Shown: positions 28,431 to 40,718, counted from the stretch's first letter. The stretch: DNA of 64,000 bases from Octopus sinensis (GCF_006345805.1 NC_042999.1:43090001-43154000), one strand, 5' to 3'. Numbers and translations are program-made. The notes: a model not told the origin generated them from the sequence alone.

Positions 28431-28465
28431 GTTTAACGTTTCGAGCGGAGCTCTTCGTCAAAAAC
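28431..28465 (-). ncRNA. Degenerate minimal type I hammerhead ribozyme motif in a short repeat (~28342-28545)
   Basis: GTTT-[T]TGACGA-A-GAGC TCC GCTC-GAAA-C GTT|AAAC. Stem I is GTTT/AAAC, stem II is perfect, and stem III is the palindrome AACGTT. C3 is T. Confidence 0.6.
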
Positions 28466-28551
28466 ATGGGAGAAGGAAAGATCCAGAGAAGGGAAGACAG
28501 AGAAAAAAAAAAATCGCCAACAGTACACACGCGGTCATATTTTGAATATAA

Positions 28552-28589
<38 letters not shown>

Positions 28590-29044
28590 ATGTATACACA
28601 CACAAACTTTTCTCTATGTCATTTAATCGCTAACACTTGCCTACCTGTATGTCACAGCCACCTCTTCTTCCTATATCACACAAACACGCACACACATATA
28701 CACACAAGAAAAACCGAATTTCTGTCTGTCTCTCTTTCTCTGTGTATGCATGTGTGTCTGTGTGTGCACATGTGTGGAGAGAGAGGAGGAGGGAGAGAAA
28801 GATAATCAAGTCACTTCTCTACATATATATATATATATATATATTTATTTATTTATTTATTTATGTACGCATACACACACCCACACCCATCTTTAACTCT
28901 ATCTCTCTCGCTCTCTATTTCTCAATACCATGTCCGTCTTCCTGACACCATCCTCTCTTCCTCACGCCACACCACAATCATTCCAGTGGTAGGCAGTGGT
29001 GCAGCTAGAGGAATCAATAGATGCACAAGTGTTGCCAGTGAATT

Positions 29045-29093
<49 letters not shown>

Positions 29094-32000
29094 AATGGAA
29101 AGAGTAACAGAGAAGCACAGAAGGGGGGAGGGGCAGGATGTTATTGTGTACAGCGTGAAAAAATGAAGAAGACCAAAATACATATAAGTTGAGAGATGAT
29201 AGTCACAGAGTAGAAGTATTGAGCAAGAAAACGGTAACTAGGTGGCATTGCCAACAGCAACAAGCTGGCAACAATACAATGGTAATGATGACGGTGATGA
29301 AGGTGGTGATGATATAGGAATGCTCCAAGAACAATGAACTAAAAGTGGTGAAATTATTTCAAATCTAAACTGAAGAAGCATCCAAATGCATGCACACACA
29401 CACACAAAGGCATGCAAACACACAGATACATGAATGCAGATACCATATATATTTCTTTATTGCCCACAAGGGGCTAAACATAGAGGGGACAAACAAGGAC
29501 AGGCAAAGGGATTAAGTCGTTTACATCGCCCCCAGTGCGTAACTGGTACTTTATTTATCAACCCCGAAAGGATGAAAGGCAAAGTTGGCCTCAGCGGAAT
29601 TTGAACTCAGAACGTAACGACAGACGAAATACGGCTACGCATTTCGCCCAGCGTGCTAACGTTTCTGCCAGATATCATATATATGCACACACATGAAATA
29701 TAAGACATTTTTGTGTTTTGGGGTTTTGCACCACTGCAATATGTAAAAAGAAATAAAGAAAAGAAAAAAGAAAAAAAACTATGTGAACTTCACAATATTA
29801 CAGTAACACTCACCAACACACACCTACTATCAAGGAAAATACACAAAGAATTTGCAAAGCAAAATATATTTTAACTCTTTTGTATTTAAACTGGCCGTGT
29901 CTAGCCCAAATATTCCTGTTTTATGTTCAAACTGGCCAGATCCAGGCTCTCACACCTACTCTACAACATCATTCTAAAAATAAACAAACACATCATTGAA
30001 ATCTTGATATTACAAGAGAATGCATGATTAATTCAAAACAATGTGGATGAGCAGGCATTACATTTTTCATAGAGTAATCTGAATGTTAAAGTGTTAAATC
30101 AATTTAGTATATGAGCAAAATATAAACAAATAAATTTAATAGAAGCACAGCTACAAAAAATGCCAAACAATACACTCTAGGTTGATTAGGTGCTGCTGTA
30201 TTGCTATTTGACTTCACATTACTCTAATCTACACTACAGTGTCTACATTTTTTCATATCATTGACCTCATCACAGAACTTCTCAATGCACACAGCACGGT
30301 GTAAAGAGCATGTTATAACCACTGAAATGCTGTAATCTTGGTAAAGGTAGAAATTTTAGCATATTGGATAAAGTACTCTTGCAGTATGTTTAGGTCTGAG
30401 TTCAAATCTTGCTGGAGTTTTTTTTTTTTTTTTTAACTTTCATACTTAGGGTGGGGATTAAATTTTCTTTCAAAAATCCCTATTCAAGAACTGGGGTCAA
30501 TATGTTTTGCAACCACATAGTTTCAGACTCAGCTTTACTGTGTGATACCTTAAGCCGACCAATGCCTTGAGTTAATTTGTTAATTTAGTAGGTGGAAACT
30601 ATACACAGCCTGCCATATGCGTATGCACAGGTACAGGTACATCTGTGTGCATGCATGAACAAGTATGTGTATGTGCATGTGTTAATGCTTATATTACTCT
30701 CTTTACTCTTTTACTTGTTTCAGTCATTTGACTGTGGCCATGCTGGAGCACCGCTTTTAGTCAAGCAAATCAACCCCAGGACTTATTCTCTGTAAGCCTA
30801 GTACTTATTTTATCGGTCTCTTCTGCTGAGCCACTAAGCTACAGGGATGTAAACACAACACCATCGGTTGTCAAGCGATGTGGGTGGGGGGGGGCAAACA
30901 CAAACACATACACAATGGGCTTCTTCCAGTTTCCATCTACCAAATCCACTTGGTCTGAGGCTATAGTAGAAGATACTTGCCCAAGGTGCCACACAGTGGG
31001 AATGAACCCAGAACCATATGGTTGGTAAGCAAGCTACTTACCACACAGCCACTCCATTCTTCACTTTGCATAGAAAAAAAAAAAACTAAGAATGGCAAGT
31101 GATTGTTGGCATTTCTTTGTCATTAACTCATCAAGTAACTCTCAGAGGAAAAGAAAATGAGAATAAAAACTCTCTCGCTTGAAAAACAAACAAAGGTTAT
31201 CGACAGGCATGGTAACCAACTAACTGGCTGTAAAACAATGCCTAAATAATCCTATATTTATCTAACACATGGAAAACAGGTGTAAAATTAATGAACAAGA
31301 GTAGTAGTGGTGGTAGTGATGATGTAAGAAGAAGAAGAAGAATAGGCTATGAGAACTGCTACCCAAAGCAAACAGTAACAGGGTAAATAAAGTCATGAGG
31401 TAAACGGTGTGAGAATTTATAAATATTAAATTTCCTGACTGTTATTATTTTAAGGCTATAGATTGCAAAGTTCGTAGAGCATCACATGACAGACTTTCAT
31501 GCATAAAACAGATTAAATGTGCTGAATAATTGCTCGTTCAAAGCAACAGCAATATGGAATGAAAGAGCCAGCATGAGTTTACTATAGAGCAAAGAAAATA
31601 TGGCATCTGAACTCTTTAGAAACCATATACGCTACCGTCTTTTAGAATAAAAGGGATACAGTTTGGATAATATCTCTGGATATATTGTCTTTAAATATGA
31701 TAGAATGGCTTTGACTGAAACACTTTGATTACAACAATGTGAGTCTATGCAATGAGGTTGGCCTGATGAACACAGCAACAGTAACAACAAGATTCAGTAT
31801 ATGACTGCCAACCTCAGTTTTGAACTAATGATTGGTCATACCAAGCATCAAGCATCTTATCTTCCAATTTCTTACAATTTCAAGCTAAGACTTTCTGACA
31901 ACCCCACTACAATATGCTATCTTGTAACATAAAAAAGAGCCCCCTTTTTATATAGCTCTCCCACCAGGTCGCATACCTAGAAAGATCCAATATAAGCATT

Positions 32001-32599
32001 ATCCATTCAAAGCAAACAAAAAAAAAATGGAGCAGTATGTGATCAGATGGACATTTGGCTGCTATTTCTAGCAGATTGTGTGATTATAAATAGAATTTTT
32101 CATTGTCTCTTTAGTTCTATTTCTAATCTCACCTCATTGCCCATCCTTTGACACTAACCATTCGGGGGGGAAAATACAGCATTTGATCTGATGCAAACAC
32201 ATCTCTTCTCACTCTCTCTCCCTCTTCCAAACATCTTGGTTGAAGGTACATTGGTCACTGTAATAACTAAAGTTACTACAAGTGTCATTAAAGATTTAAA
32301 ACATTTATGATGACAGAAAGAAAACTCTTCTTTAAACATAAGAATGGTAATATATTCAGGTAATGTTAGCTGGCTAGTGTGTTTGTGTATAAATTTGCAT
32401 ATGGAACTGTGTGTATTTTAATAGAAGAGGACACAGAAAAATGCTCACAGAGAGAGAGAGAAGAGACAAAGAAATAGAATGATACAGACAATCAAACCTA
32501 CACATAGATATGGACTGAGAGGCAAACAAACACAGACAAAACACAGGTGAGTAAACATGGAGTGACATACACACAGGCAGACACAGGTTATCACATGGG

Positions 32600-33640
32600 C
32601 AAGTATGCACCAACACACAGGTGTACATTGACACATGTCTTAGTGTGTACCAACATATGAGCAAGTATGCCCCAATCCATGGACAAGTACCGTAAATCTT
32701 TGAGTATAATCCGCATTTTTTCCCCAAAATTTAAAGATCAAAATCCCTAGTGCGTACTATATATGAGGTTAAAAATGATAATTATTTCCTAAGCAATGTT
32801 CGAGTCTCTATTTGCTGTCTGGCAATGTTTACTCAGATGCATTTTGTGATGTTGGGCGCAAAAATATCTTAAGCTAAGCCTGAAAGCAATGAAGTCATAA
32901 AAGAATCATCTATAACTTGCAGTAAGCAACATTTATTAAACATTATTACTGTTATTTCTTTATTTTCTGCAAAAAAAATGCACAAAACAGATACATGTTT
33001 GCATTATGTTATATGTACAATAATAATAAAGGACATTACCATATATATTTTTACAAACCAAGGATGTTATATAGACCTCCTTGACTCAAGTTAGAGAAGG
33101 GGTGCATATTATACACAAGGTTTAGGTTTTTCAGAGGTACAGCCCCCTAAAAATCCCCTGCGTATTATACTCAAGGGCGGACTATACTCGAGGATTTATG
33201 GTATGTCCTGACACATAAGTGTGTATTAACACGAGCAAGTGCGCACTGAAAGATGAGCATGGGTAAATGTGCATCACTGCATATGCAAGTATGCACCAAT
33301 CCATGGACAATGCCCTGACACATAAGTGTATACTAACATGAGCAAGTGTGCACTGAAAGATGAGCAAGTATGGCCCAATGTGCATCAATGCATGTGCAAG
33401 TATGCACCAATATATGGGCAAGTGTATATCAATGCATATGCAAGTCTACAGTGTAGTGCAAGTATGCAGCAATGCATAGGTAAATATATGTCAATACATG
33501 TGCAAGTGTATCAGTGTAATGTAAGTGCGCAGTGTATGTGCATCAGTATGCGCGCCAATGCATGGGAAAATTGCACCAATCTCTGGGAAAGTGTACATCA
33601 ATGAATATACAAGTGTACTGTGTAGCACAAGCAGGTGTGC
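32600..33640. repeat. Degenerate gcaagt-rich satellite with ~107-bp period, interrupted by a MITE
   Basis: cctgacacataagtg recurs at 33207 and 33314, and gcaagtatgc.ccaatccatggacaa at 32661 and 33285. Confidence 0.75.
32690..33201. mobile_element. Tc2/pogo-like MITE (512 bp)
   Basis: TIRs CCGTAAATCTTTGAGTATAATCCGC and GCGGACTATACTCGAGGATTTATGG. TA TSD at 32688-32689 and 33202-33203. Non-coding. Confidence 0.85.
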
Positions 33641-33743
33641 AATGTCCTGTAAATGTTCTTCCTGACTTCTACAACCTCAGCTGTAATTTTTCCTCTCTCC
33701 TACACATCTACAAGGACATTATATATATATATATATATATAGA

Positions 33744-34042
33744 GGTGTAATGGCCCAGTGGTTAGGGCAGCGGACTCACGGTCGTAGGATCGCGGTTTCG
33801 ATTCCCAGACCAGGCGTTGTGAGTGTTTATTGAGCGAAAACACCTTAAAAAGCTCCACGAGGCTCCAGCAGAGGTGGTGGCGATCCCTGCTGTACTCTTT
33901 CGCCACAACTTTCTCTCACTTTTTCTTCTGTTGGCCTGCTCGCTTAGCCAGCGGGGTGGCGTCATTTGAAGGCTAAAACAATGCGAAGCGCATTGTGACC
34001 AGCGATGTATAACAACATCTGATAGCCTGGTCGGTCACGGTG

Positions 34043-34043
<1 letters not shown>
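33744..34043 (+). mobile_element. Young tRNA-derived SINE inserted in (TA)n
   Basis: A box TGGCCCAGTGG and B box GGTTTCGATTCC, then a ~230-bp non-tRNA body with CpGs intact. This is not a functional tRNA. Confidence 0.8.
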
Positions 34044-34081
<38 letters not shown>

Positions 34082-35213
34082 ATGTATATATGAACATAAT
34101 TATGTATACACATTCATGTATATATACACTCACACACGCACATATATACACATAGGAATTTCATTTTCTTACACCCTTTTATAAACTGCACAGGCACAAA
34201 TGAATTCCTGAAGTAAAAAATCCAGTGGCATATCCCCGCCATGCTGTTGATGACATCAGGAGACCGAATACTGTCAACAGGCTTTAAACAGCACACTACA
34301 AGGTGTGTACCTGGATATAAAATTATAATACACCCACACACACACTGGGGGTGTACTTGCCAAGCAAATTATAGTGACCTACTGCACTGATTAGACAAAG
34401 CACCAAGGAAAGTCTAAGTAGAGCAGCTAGCACACACACAGTACACACACACACATATATATATAATATATATATATGATATAATAGATTACATCATTAG
34501 CTTAGCTAATGACGTCACTAGGCTGGTTTTACACCCTTAAGTAGTTGGTAAGTAGTCACAGTCAGTTGCTCCTTGGTGTGACGACAGTGTGGAGCAGTGA
34601 ATGGGTGGGGTGAATAAAACGGAATTAAGACGTTGGTTGTAGTGTGTGTGTGTGTGTGTGTGTTTTGGTCACAAAAGTGGTGGTGGTGGTGGCGATGGTG
34701 AGGTTGGTGGAAAAATTAGCTATAATCAACGATGACGATGTCAATGTGTGTAAATCAACCTTCATCAAACCAAAAAAAAAATCTATAATAAATGGCTATT
34801 CCAGCCGTGGCCATCCTTCCTTAAAGTAATGTAGATCTTTATTCTTCAATGTTTCCTTACACCTAAGACGGTGGGAGAACAAAATTCGAAGGAATTCTTG
34901 GCTGCTGTTTCTAGCGTAACGAGCGACTACGTTGGAACTCCCGTCGTTCGTTCTTGTTTAGTCCCGGGCCAGGCCAGGCCAAGCAGATAATATGATCAAA
35001 GCCATTCCAGCAGTTGTCACCTAGCATTTTTACCCGGAACCATTATTAGCCAACGTGTTTTTCTTTCTTTCTTCTCTTCTCTTCTTTTTTTTTTTTTTTT
35101 GACCGATTGATTTGAAGGAATCCTGCTATTATTTCCAGCAGGCCGGGTGACTATGTTGGAGAGAGAGAGAGAGAGGTGTGTGTGTGAGAGAGAGGTGTGT
35201 GTGTGAGAGAGAG

Positions 35214-35252
<39 letters not shown>

Positions 35253-35285
35253 GTGTGTGTGTGAGAGAGACAGAGAGAGAGAGAG

Positions 35286-35346
<61 letters not shown>

Positions 35347-35523
35347 GATTTAATGGCCATAGTGAAGTTGCCGAACAATAACAATAAATGATGATGGCGG
35401 TGGTGGTGGTGGTGATGCTATCGGCTGCTGACAACGATTATGATGGTGATGAGATACATGTCGATTGTTATTCATGAAGTTAGGTGATGATGGCGGTAGT
35501 AAGACTGGTAAAGGTGGTAGCGG

Positions 35524-35810
35524 CGACGGGGATAGACGTAGTGAAGGTGGCGGCGGCGACGGGGATAGACGTAGTGAAGGTGGCAGCGGCGACGGGGATA
35601 GACGTAGTGAAGGTGGCAGCGGCGAGGATAGACGTAGTGAAGGTGGCGGCGGCGACGGGGATAGACGGTGTGAAGGTGGTGGAGTCGGGGACAGACGTAG
35701 TGAAGGTGGCGGCGGCGGAGATAGACGTAGTGATGGTGGCGGCGGCGGCGAGGATAGACGTAGTGAAGGTAGCGGAGACGGGAATAGATGTAGTGGTGGT
35801 GGCGATGGAT
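35524..35810. repeat. GC-rich 33/30-bp minisatellite, 9 units
   Basis: Unit gacggggatagacgtagtgaaggtggcggcggc. Unit lengths differ only by multiples of 3. Confidence 0.95.
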
Positions 35811-36501
35811 AAGAGCAGCAGAAATGTTAAGGCAAATAGCGCTAGCAGCAATTGTTGGTGGTGGTGGTGGTGATGAGGCCGGCGGCAATGGTAGCAAAGG
35901 AAGCTAGAGGCGCGAGGTGTATTAAGTGGTGAATTGATCCGACTTAATGATATTTAAGACAGATTTAAACAGGTAAACTGTACTAATGAAACACACACAG
36001 AGACACACACCTTATGAGTGTGTATATGTTTGTATAAACAGATTGGATAAACTCTACCACCAGCTGACGCAAAAATAACAATTTAACATCCGTAATGACC
36101 GAATAAAAAGGATACACATACATACATACTTACATACATAACACCATTAACACGTTGTCTAAAACATGACAAAAATAGAGAGAGAGATCATTCGTTTGAC
36201 TAACAGACATATAGATATATTTCGGCTAACAACAACAAAGGAGGAAACAATACGGCTATTTTGAGTTATAGAAATCACAGCAAAAAAAAAAAAAAAAAAG
36301 AAATAGCCAAAGCAATGAAAACAAACCGCAAAAATAAACTGCTGTGGAGCTGTTAACGCAGTTGTCGATTATTTTTCCTTTCTACACTATATATATATAT
36401 TTTTTTATTATTATTGTTTTTCTAACCTTAGAAGATACAATAACAGTAAATAGATATACATCTGTAATACCGAAGCTAATGCACATATATAACATAATAC
36501 A

Positions 36502-37962
36502 ATGGATACGAACAGCAATTTAAATCAATATCTCACTATCAGAACCTACGTGAAAAAACAAGCATTAAGGAATATTAACAGCAAGAATGAGGGAATTAGC
36601 GGACAGCCGATCGAAGAAATGCCTGAACCAAACGAAAACGGCACCAGTGTTCAGAGTGGCAGTAAAGAAAATCTTTCTGTAATCTTGAACAACCGAGAGT
36701 TCAGCCATGGGATAAAAAATGGATGTATCGATGTGTTGATGAATAACAACAAGAATAAGCTATTAGAAGTCAGACAACAATTTGGACAACAAAAAAGGAT
36801 CGAAGACTGCTCTAACCTCGAGAATAGTGTCCATGCCGATGATGATGATGGGGCGAATGATAGTGATGTGGGCAGTGACGAAGAACAAGATCTTACTTTC
36901 AGTGGAGAAAGCCAGCAAACATCAGAAGGGGAGGACAAAACTACGTATTACAGTACCACGAACAATGCCGAAACGAGTTCGATAACCGATGAGACAGACT
37001 TGACTCTTCAAGCAAACAGTGATATGGAAGAAGACTGTGTAAACTTTACAGACGACAATGAACACTGGTATGTGGAAGAACCCACGTGGAAATATGTGTG
37101 GAAGCCAGATTCCGATAACGACAAGAAGAAAGGCGAATATGTCTGGACCAAAGTTAAAAGCGAAAACGGCGGCAAGGAGATTTATTGGGGAAATATACGA
37201 AATATGGAGGATGAATGGATACCGCAAACAGTTCCTGTTAAAGAGAAAAAAAGCTGGGTGCCGAAACTAATAGCAGGGAAAGAACATGGCGAAACTGTCT
37301 GGTACTACATGATGCCATACATACCCAAAACAGCTGAAGCTAGGAAACGAACATTGGAACACATTCCACAACTAATCAAAGATAAAGGGGCAAGCAGTTG
37401 GTTTTCTCAGTTGAAGTTTACGAAAACGGGAAATAAAACCGTCTGGTACTGCAAGCTAACACCGGCGCCTGAAGAACCAGAAGATAAAAAGAGCATTTCC
37501 TCAACAACATCATCATCATCAACATCAACACGGATTAATAGTAATAATGGTCCAATGTTGGTTGCTGCTCCTGTAATACTTCCCCTACCAGAAATTTCAG
37601 CTGCCAAGGAAGAAAAAACCAAAGATAAAAATTCTAATTTACCGGAACTGAGGAAAATAGCAGGAAAGCCGAGTCAATGGTTTTCAAAGTTAATCAAAGA
37701 CAAAGACAGCACCCAGGAACCAAAATGCAACCAAGCAACCAATGTTTCGTCAATACACGAACCTGTTCCTCGCAAAGTATCAGAAGAGGTAAGACACAAC
37801 AACTGCGATGCTAAAAAACACAATAAGCTTCAGTTACTGGAAAATATAACACCTTTCTCGAAAGAAACAGGCTTAAAAAAGAAAAAAACACAGACAGACA
37901 GTAAGAGTGTTTGGTACAAAGATGTTCTCCAAGAACCAGACGATTTCCATGACAAAGAATAA
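36502..37962 (+). CDS. Single-exon 486-aa uncharacterised protein with an acidic tract and a Trp-rich repeat region
   Basis: Uninterrupted 1461-bp ORF of non-repetitive sequence. The start context is good (acaATGg) and there is an in-frame TAA 12 nt upstream. A candidate acceptor lies at 36430-36431, a candidate donor at 35973, and AATAAA at 38412-38417. No signal peptide or TM segment is visible and I do not recognise a family. Confidence 0.8.
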   Translation: MDTNSNLNQYLTIRTYVKKQALRNINSKNEGISGQPIEEMPEPNENGTSVQSGSKENLSVILNNREFSHGIKNGCIDVLMNNNKNKLLEVRQQFGQQKRIEDCSNLENSVHADDDDGANDSDVGSDEEQDLTFSGESQQTSEGEDKTTYYSTTNNAETSSITDETDLTLQANSDMEEDCVNFTDDNEHWYVEEPTWKYVWKPDSDNDKKKGEYVWTKVKSENGGKEIYWGNIRNMEDEWIPQTVPVKEKKSWVPKLIAGKEHGETVWYYMMPYIPKTAEARKRTLEHIPQLIKDKGASSWFSQLKFTKTGNKTVWYCKLTPAPEEPEDKKSISSTTSSSSTSTRINSNNGPMLVAAPVILPLPEISAAKEEKTKDKNSNLPELRKIAGKPSQWFSKLIKDKDSTQEPKCNQATNVSSIHEPVPRKVSEEVRHNNCDAKKHNKLQLLENITPFSKETGLKKKKTQTDSKSVWYKDVLQEPDDFHDKE

Positions 37963-38411
37963 CGCACATACTCACACACACAAATGAAGGGCACTCGCGC
38001 ACACACACTCACAAAACTGAAAGATGAATACACACACAGACACTGCACTTGACTTAGCACTTTGCCTGTCCTGCATATCATATGTGACACCCAGTACATA
38101 TTTATCTAACATTCTTGTATCAGATTAAATTGGGACTTCTGAAAGGAAAACTTTATATTACTCAGAACGTGTGAAACAAACTAAAAGTCTGAAAACAAGC
38201 GAGGAAGTTATGGGCAAACTTAAGGATATGCCCTGGATGGGCAAAGGGTTAATGAATCGTGCTCTGTCTCCCTGGTATGGAAAGTAAACTAATCATGAAA
38301 TATCAGTTAAGTAGAAAAAAAAAAAGAGAAACTGCCTTAGCCAATTACATACATGCAAAAAAAAAAAAAAACTCCCTATTTTGTCACTTTGGTTTCAAAA
38401 AAAAGTCTGTA

Positions 38412-38417
38412 AAATAA
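38412..38417 (+). promoter_or_regulatory. Candidate polyadenylation signal for the 486-aa ORF
   Basis: AATAAA about 450 nt after the stop codon. The hexamer is common in AT-rich DNA. Confidence 0.3.
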
Positions 38418-38652
38418 AAGCCATTTTCACACCACACAAATGCTCCCTGTCGTCTGGCATGAAACTGTTCATATTTCACTATTTTAAATTTTAGTTTCAT
38501 GTACAAAACAAACCAAAACAACATTTACGTTGATCTCATGTATTTCTGAGTTCAAATAGCACAAAAAAGAAAAAACACAAGAAAAATCTTTAAAAAAAAA
38601 AAAGAGAAAAAAAGCCGCAAAATCATGGAATTACATTTTCCAACCATGCCTT

Positions 38653-38663
38653 GCGCGCGCGCG

Positions 38664-38712
<49 letters not shown>
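38653..38712. repeat. (GC)10 followed by (AC)~20
   Basis: Read directly; an alternating purine-pyrimidine tract. Confidence 0.95.
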
Positions 38713-38717
<5 letters not shown>

Positions 38718-39177
38718 AAGAATGGTGACAGTGACTTCGAAGTTACCGCCTGCTAGCCTTCATTGTATTTATTATTATTATTATTATTATTATTACGACA
38801 TAAAAACATTAATACAATCATATATATCTTTCGACTTTTTCTATTCCAAAAGATCATTTAACTCAATATATATATGTTGTGATTTATAGCTTCATCTACA
38901 TTTAAAAATCATTTCATACACACATGCAAAAAAGAAATTTAAAATATCAGGTCAGCACCTTAAAGATATTACATATAAGAAAACGTATAATTTCTGGAGC
39001 AACTTCTACCAAGAGGTTAGATCTGCTGGAAATAGCAGTAAAATTTCGTTAACAATCACACCTTTGTTTTTTGTTTTTTTAATTAAAAGTAATGATACTT
39101 TGAATAATGTGATCTTAGATACATTGTGCACGCAGGACAAGAGGAGAGGTCACAAATGGGTGTTTTGGGTCATAGAT

Positions 39178-39358
39178 CAGTGCGCTGCAACCGGTTTTTT
39201 TTTGCACTTGTGGTAAACTTATATATTCTTTTGAAAAAAATCGGCGGCACACCTGAACTAAAAATATAACTAAAAGTATAGCAAAAAAAAAAAAAAACTA
39301 TATTCAGGTTACACTGCGGCACACCAGTATCTCACGGCATACCGGTAGCGGATCTCTG
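39178..39358. mobile_element. hAT-type MITE (181 bp)
   Basis: CAG...CTG ends with degenerate TIRs and a perfect 8-bp TSD TCATAGAT (39170-39177 and 39359-39366). Confidence 0.8.
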
Positions 39359-40250
39359 TCATAGATCTATTTGTTCAGGACTGAACTGATTGTTAAACAA
39401 TAACCTCGGAATTCCGGATTAAGTACCCCTGTCCCAAGCATTTAAGATAGTGTCCACCACTATCAGTCCAAAGACTCAGTATAAATTATTTTTGTTGTTG
39501 TTTTTTTTAATGTGACAAACGAACAAATGTATAAAAGAGCGCATCCTCAAGATAAACCTGTGTTGCATATAAAACCTGAATTACTGTCAGTGTCTTCTGC
39601 TAGCATTTACACCTGGCTGGTTTAATGATATTCTACGTAAATTTGGTAGAAGGAAACTTCTGAAAGCACGTCGTATGTGTGTGTCGTTATTTACCTATTG
39701 TCCGCCGTCCGTTGCTTGACAACCGGTGTTGTTCTTTTTACGTTCACGTAACGTAGAGGCTCGACAAAAAGAAAGCGATGGAATAAGTACTAGACTTTAA
39801 AATAAATTTTTAAAAAAACCTACAGGGATCGATTTTATCGACTCTTTAAGACCTCCAAAAAGGTACCCTGCGCGCGCGCATTTTAGGTAAAAGTTAGGAG
39901 AAGTAGCAAACACTGCCTTCTTTATAAAACACACAAGCACATATTTATATATTTTGAAAGAATACAAATGAAATTAAGAAAATAACTGTTTTCGTTTTGC
40001 TTACTACAGAGATTTACTTCCTGTTTGTGATACACGTTTTTCTTGTCCGGCCCGCCGGCCCGACGCTTCTTTTCTTTCAAGTTCCATAAATACACATACA
40101 TACATACATACATACATACATACATACATACATACATACAAAGAAAGAATGAAGTTAATGGTTTATCGCACAAACATAAAATTCAACAAAACAGATTAAT
40201 GAACTTGAAATACGTCGAGAATGTTTCTTCTAAATAGATTTACAACAGTG

Positions 40251-40332
<82 letters not shown>

Positions 40333-40489
40333 ATAAGTTGATATTAAGTTTCGATTGAAGACAACTTAATTAGCGTTAAATTAAACATTTTATAAGAGCT
40401 ATCTAATTAGCTCTCTCCTATACACACACCACGTGTACATGCCTGAGAGGGTGAGAAGTTTCCGTATACACATATTAACCTATTTCGTT

Positions 40490-40718
40490 ATTACCTACAA
40501 GGGGCTAAACATAGAGGGGACAAACAAGGACAGACATAGGTATTAAGTCGATTACATCGACCCCCCCCCCAGTGCGTAACTGGTACTTAATTTATCGACC
40601 CCGAAAGGATGAAAGCAAAGTCGACTTCGGCGGAATTTGAACTCACAACGTAACGCAGACAAAATACCGCTAAGCATTTCACCCGGCGTGCTAAGGTTTT
40701 GCCAGCTCGCCGCCTTAA
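40490..40718 (-). mobile_element. SINE family C (tRNA-like head, Nin/Deu-like central motif)
   Basis: Head ggcggcgagctggc...gagttcaaattccgcc and central motif ctttcatcctttcggggtcgataaattaagtaccag. A near-identical copy lies at 29455-29672. Many decayed copies occur (e.g. 250-400, 1660-1830, 17390-17930, 63170-63960). Confidence 0.8.

Noticed and set aside
33744-33816. tRNA gene
   Set aside because: A and B boxes are present, but the anticodon and acceptor stems are poor and the sequence continues into a SINE body.
35480-35851. Secreted mucin- or antifreeze-like protein (signal-like N-terminus plus 11-aa Thr/Ala repeat)
   Set aside because: It starts at TTG with no in-frame ATG back to the upstream stop and is the antisense reading of the minisatellite. 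It is kept only as a note in that finding.
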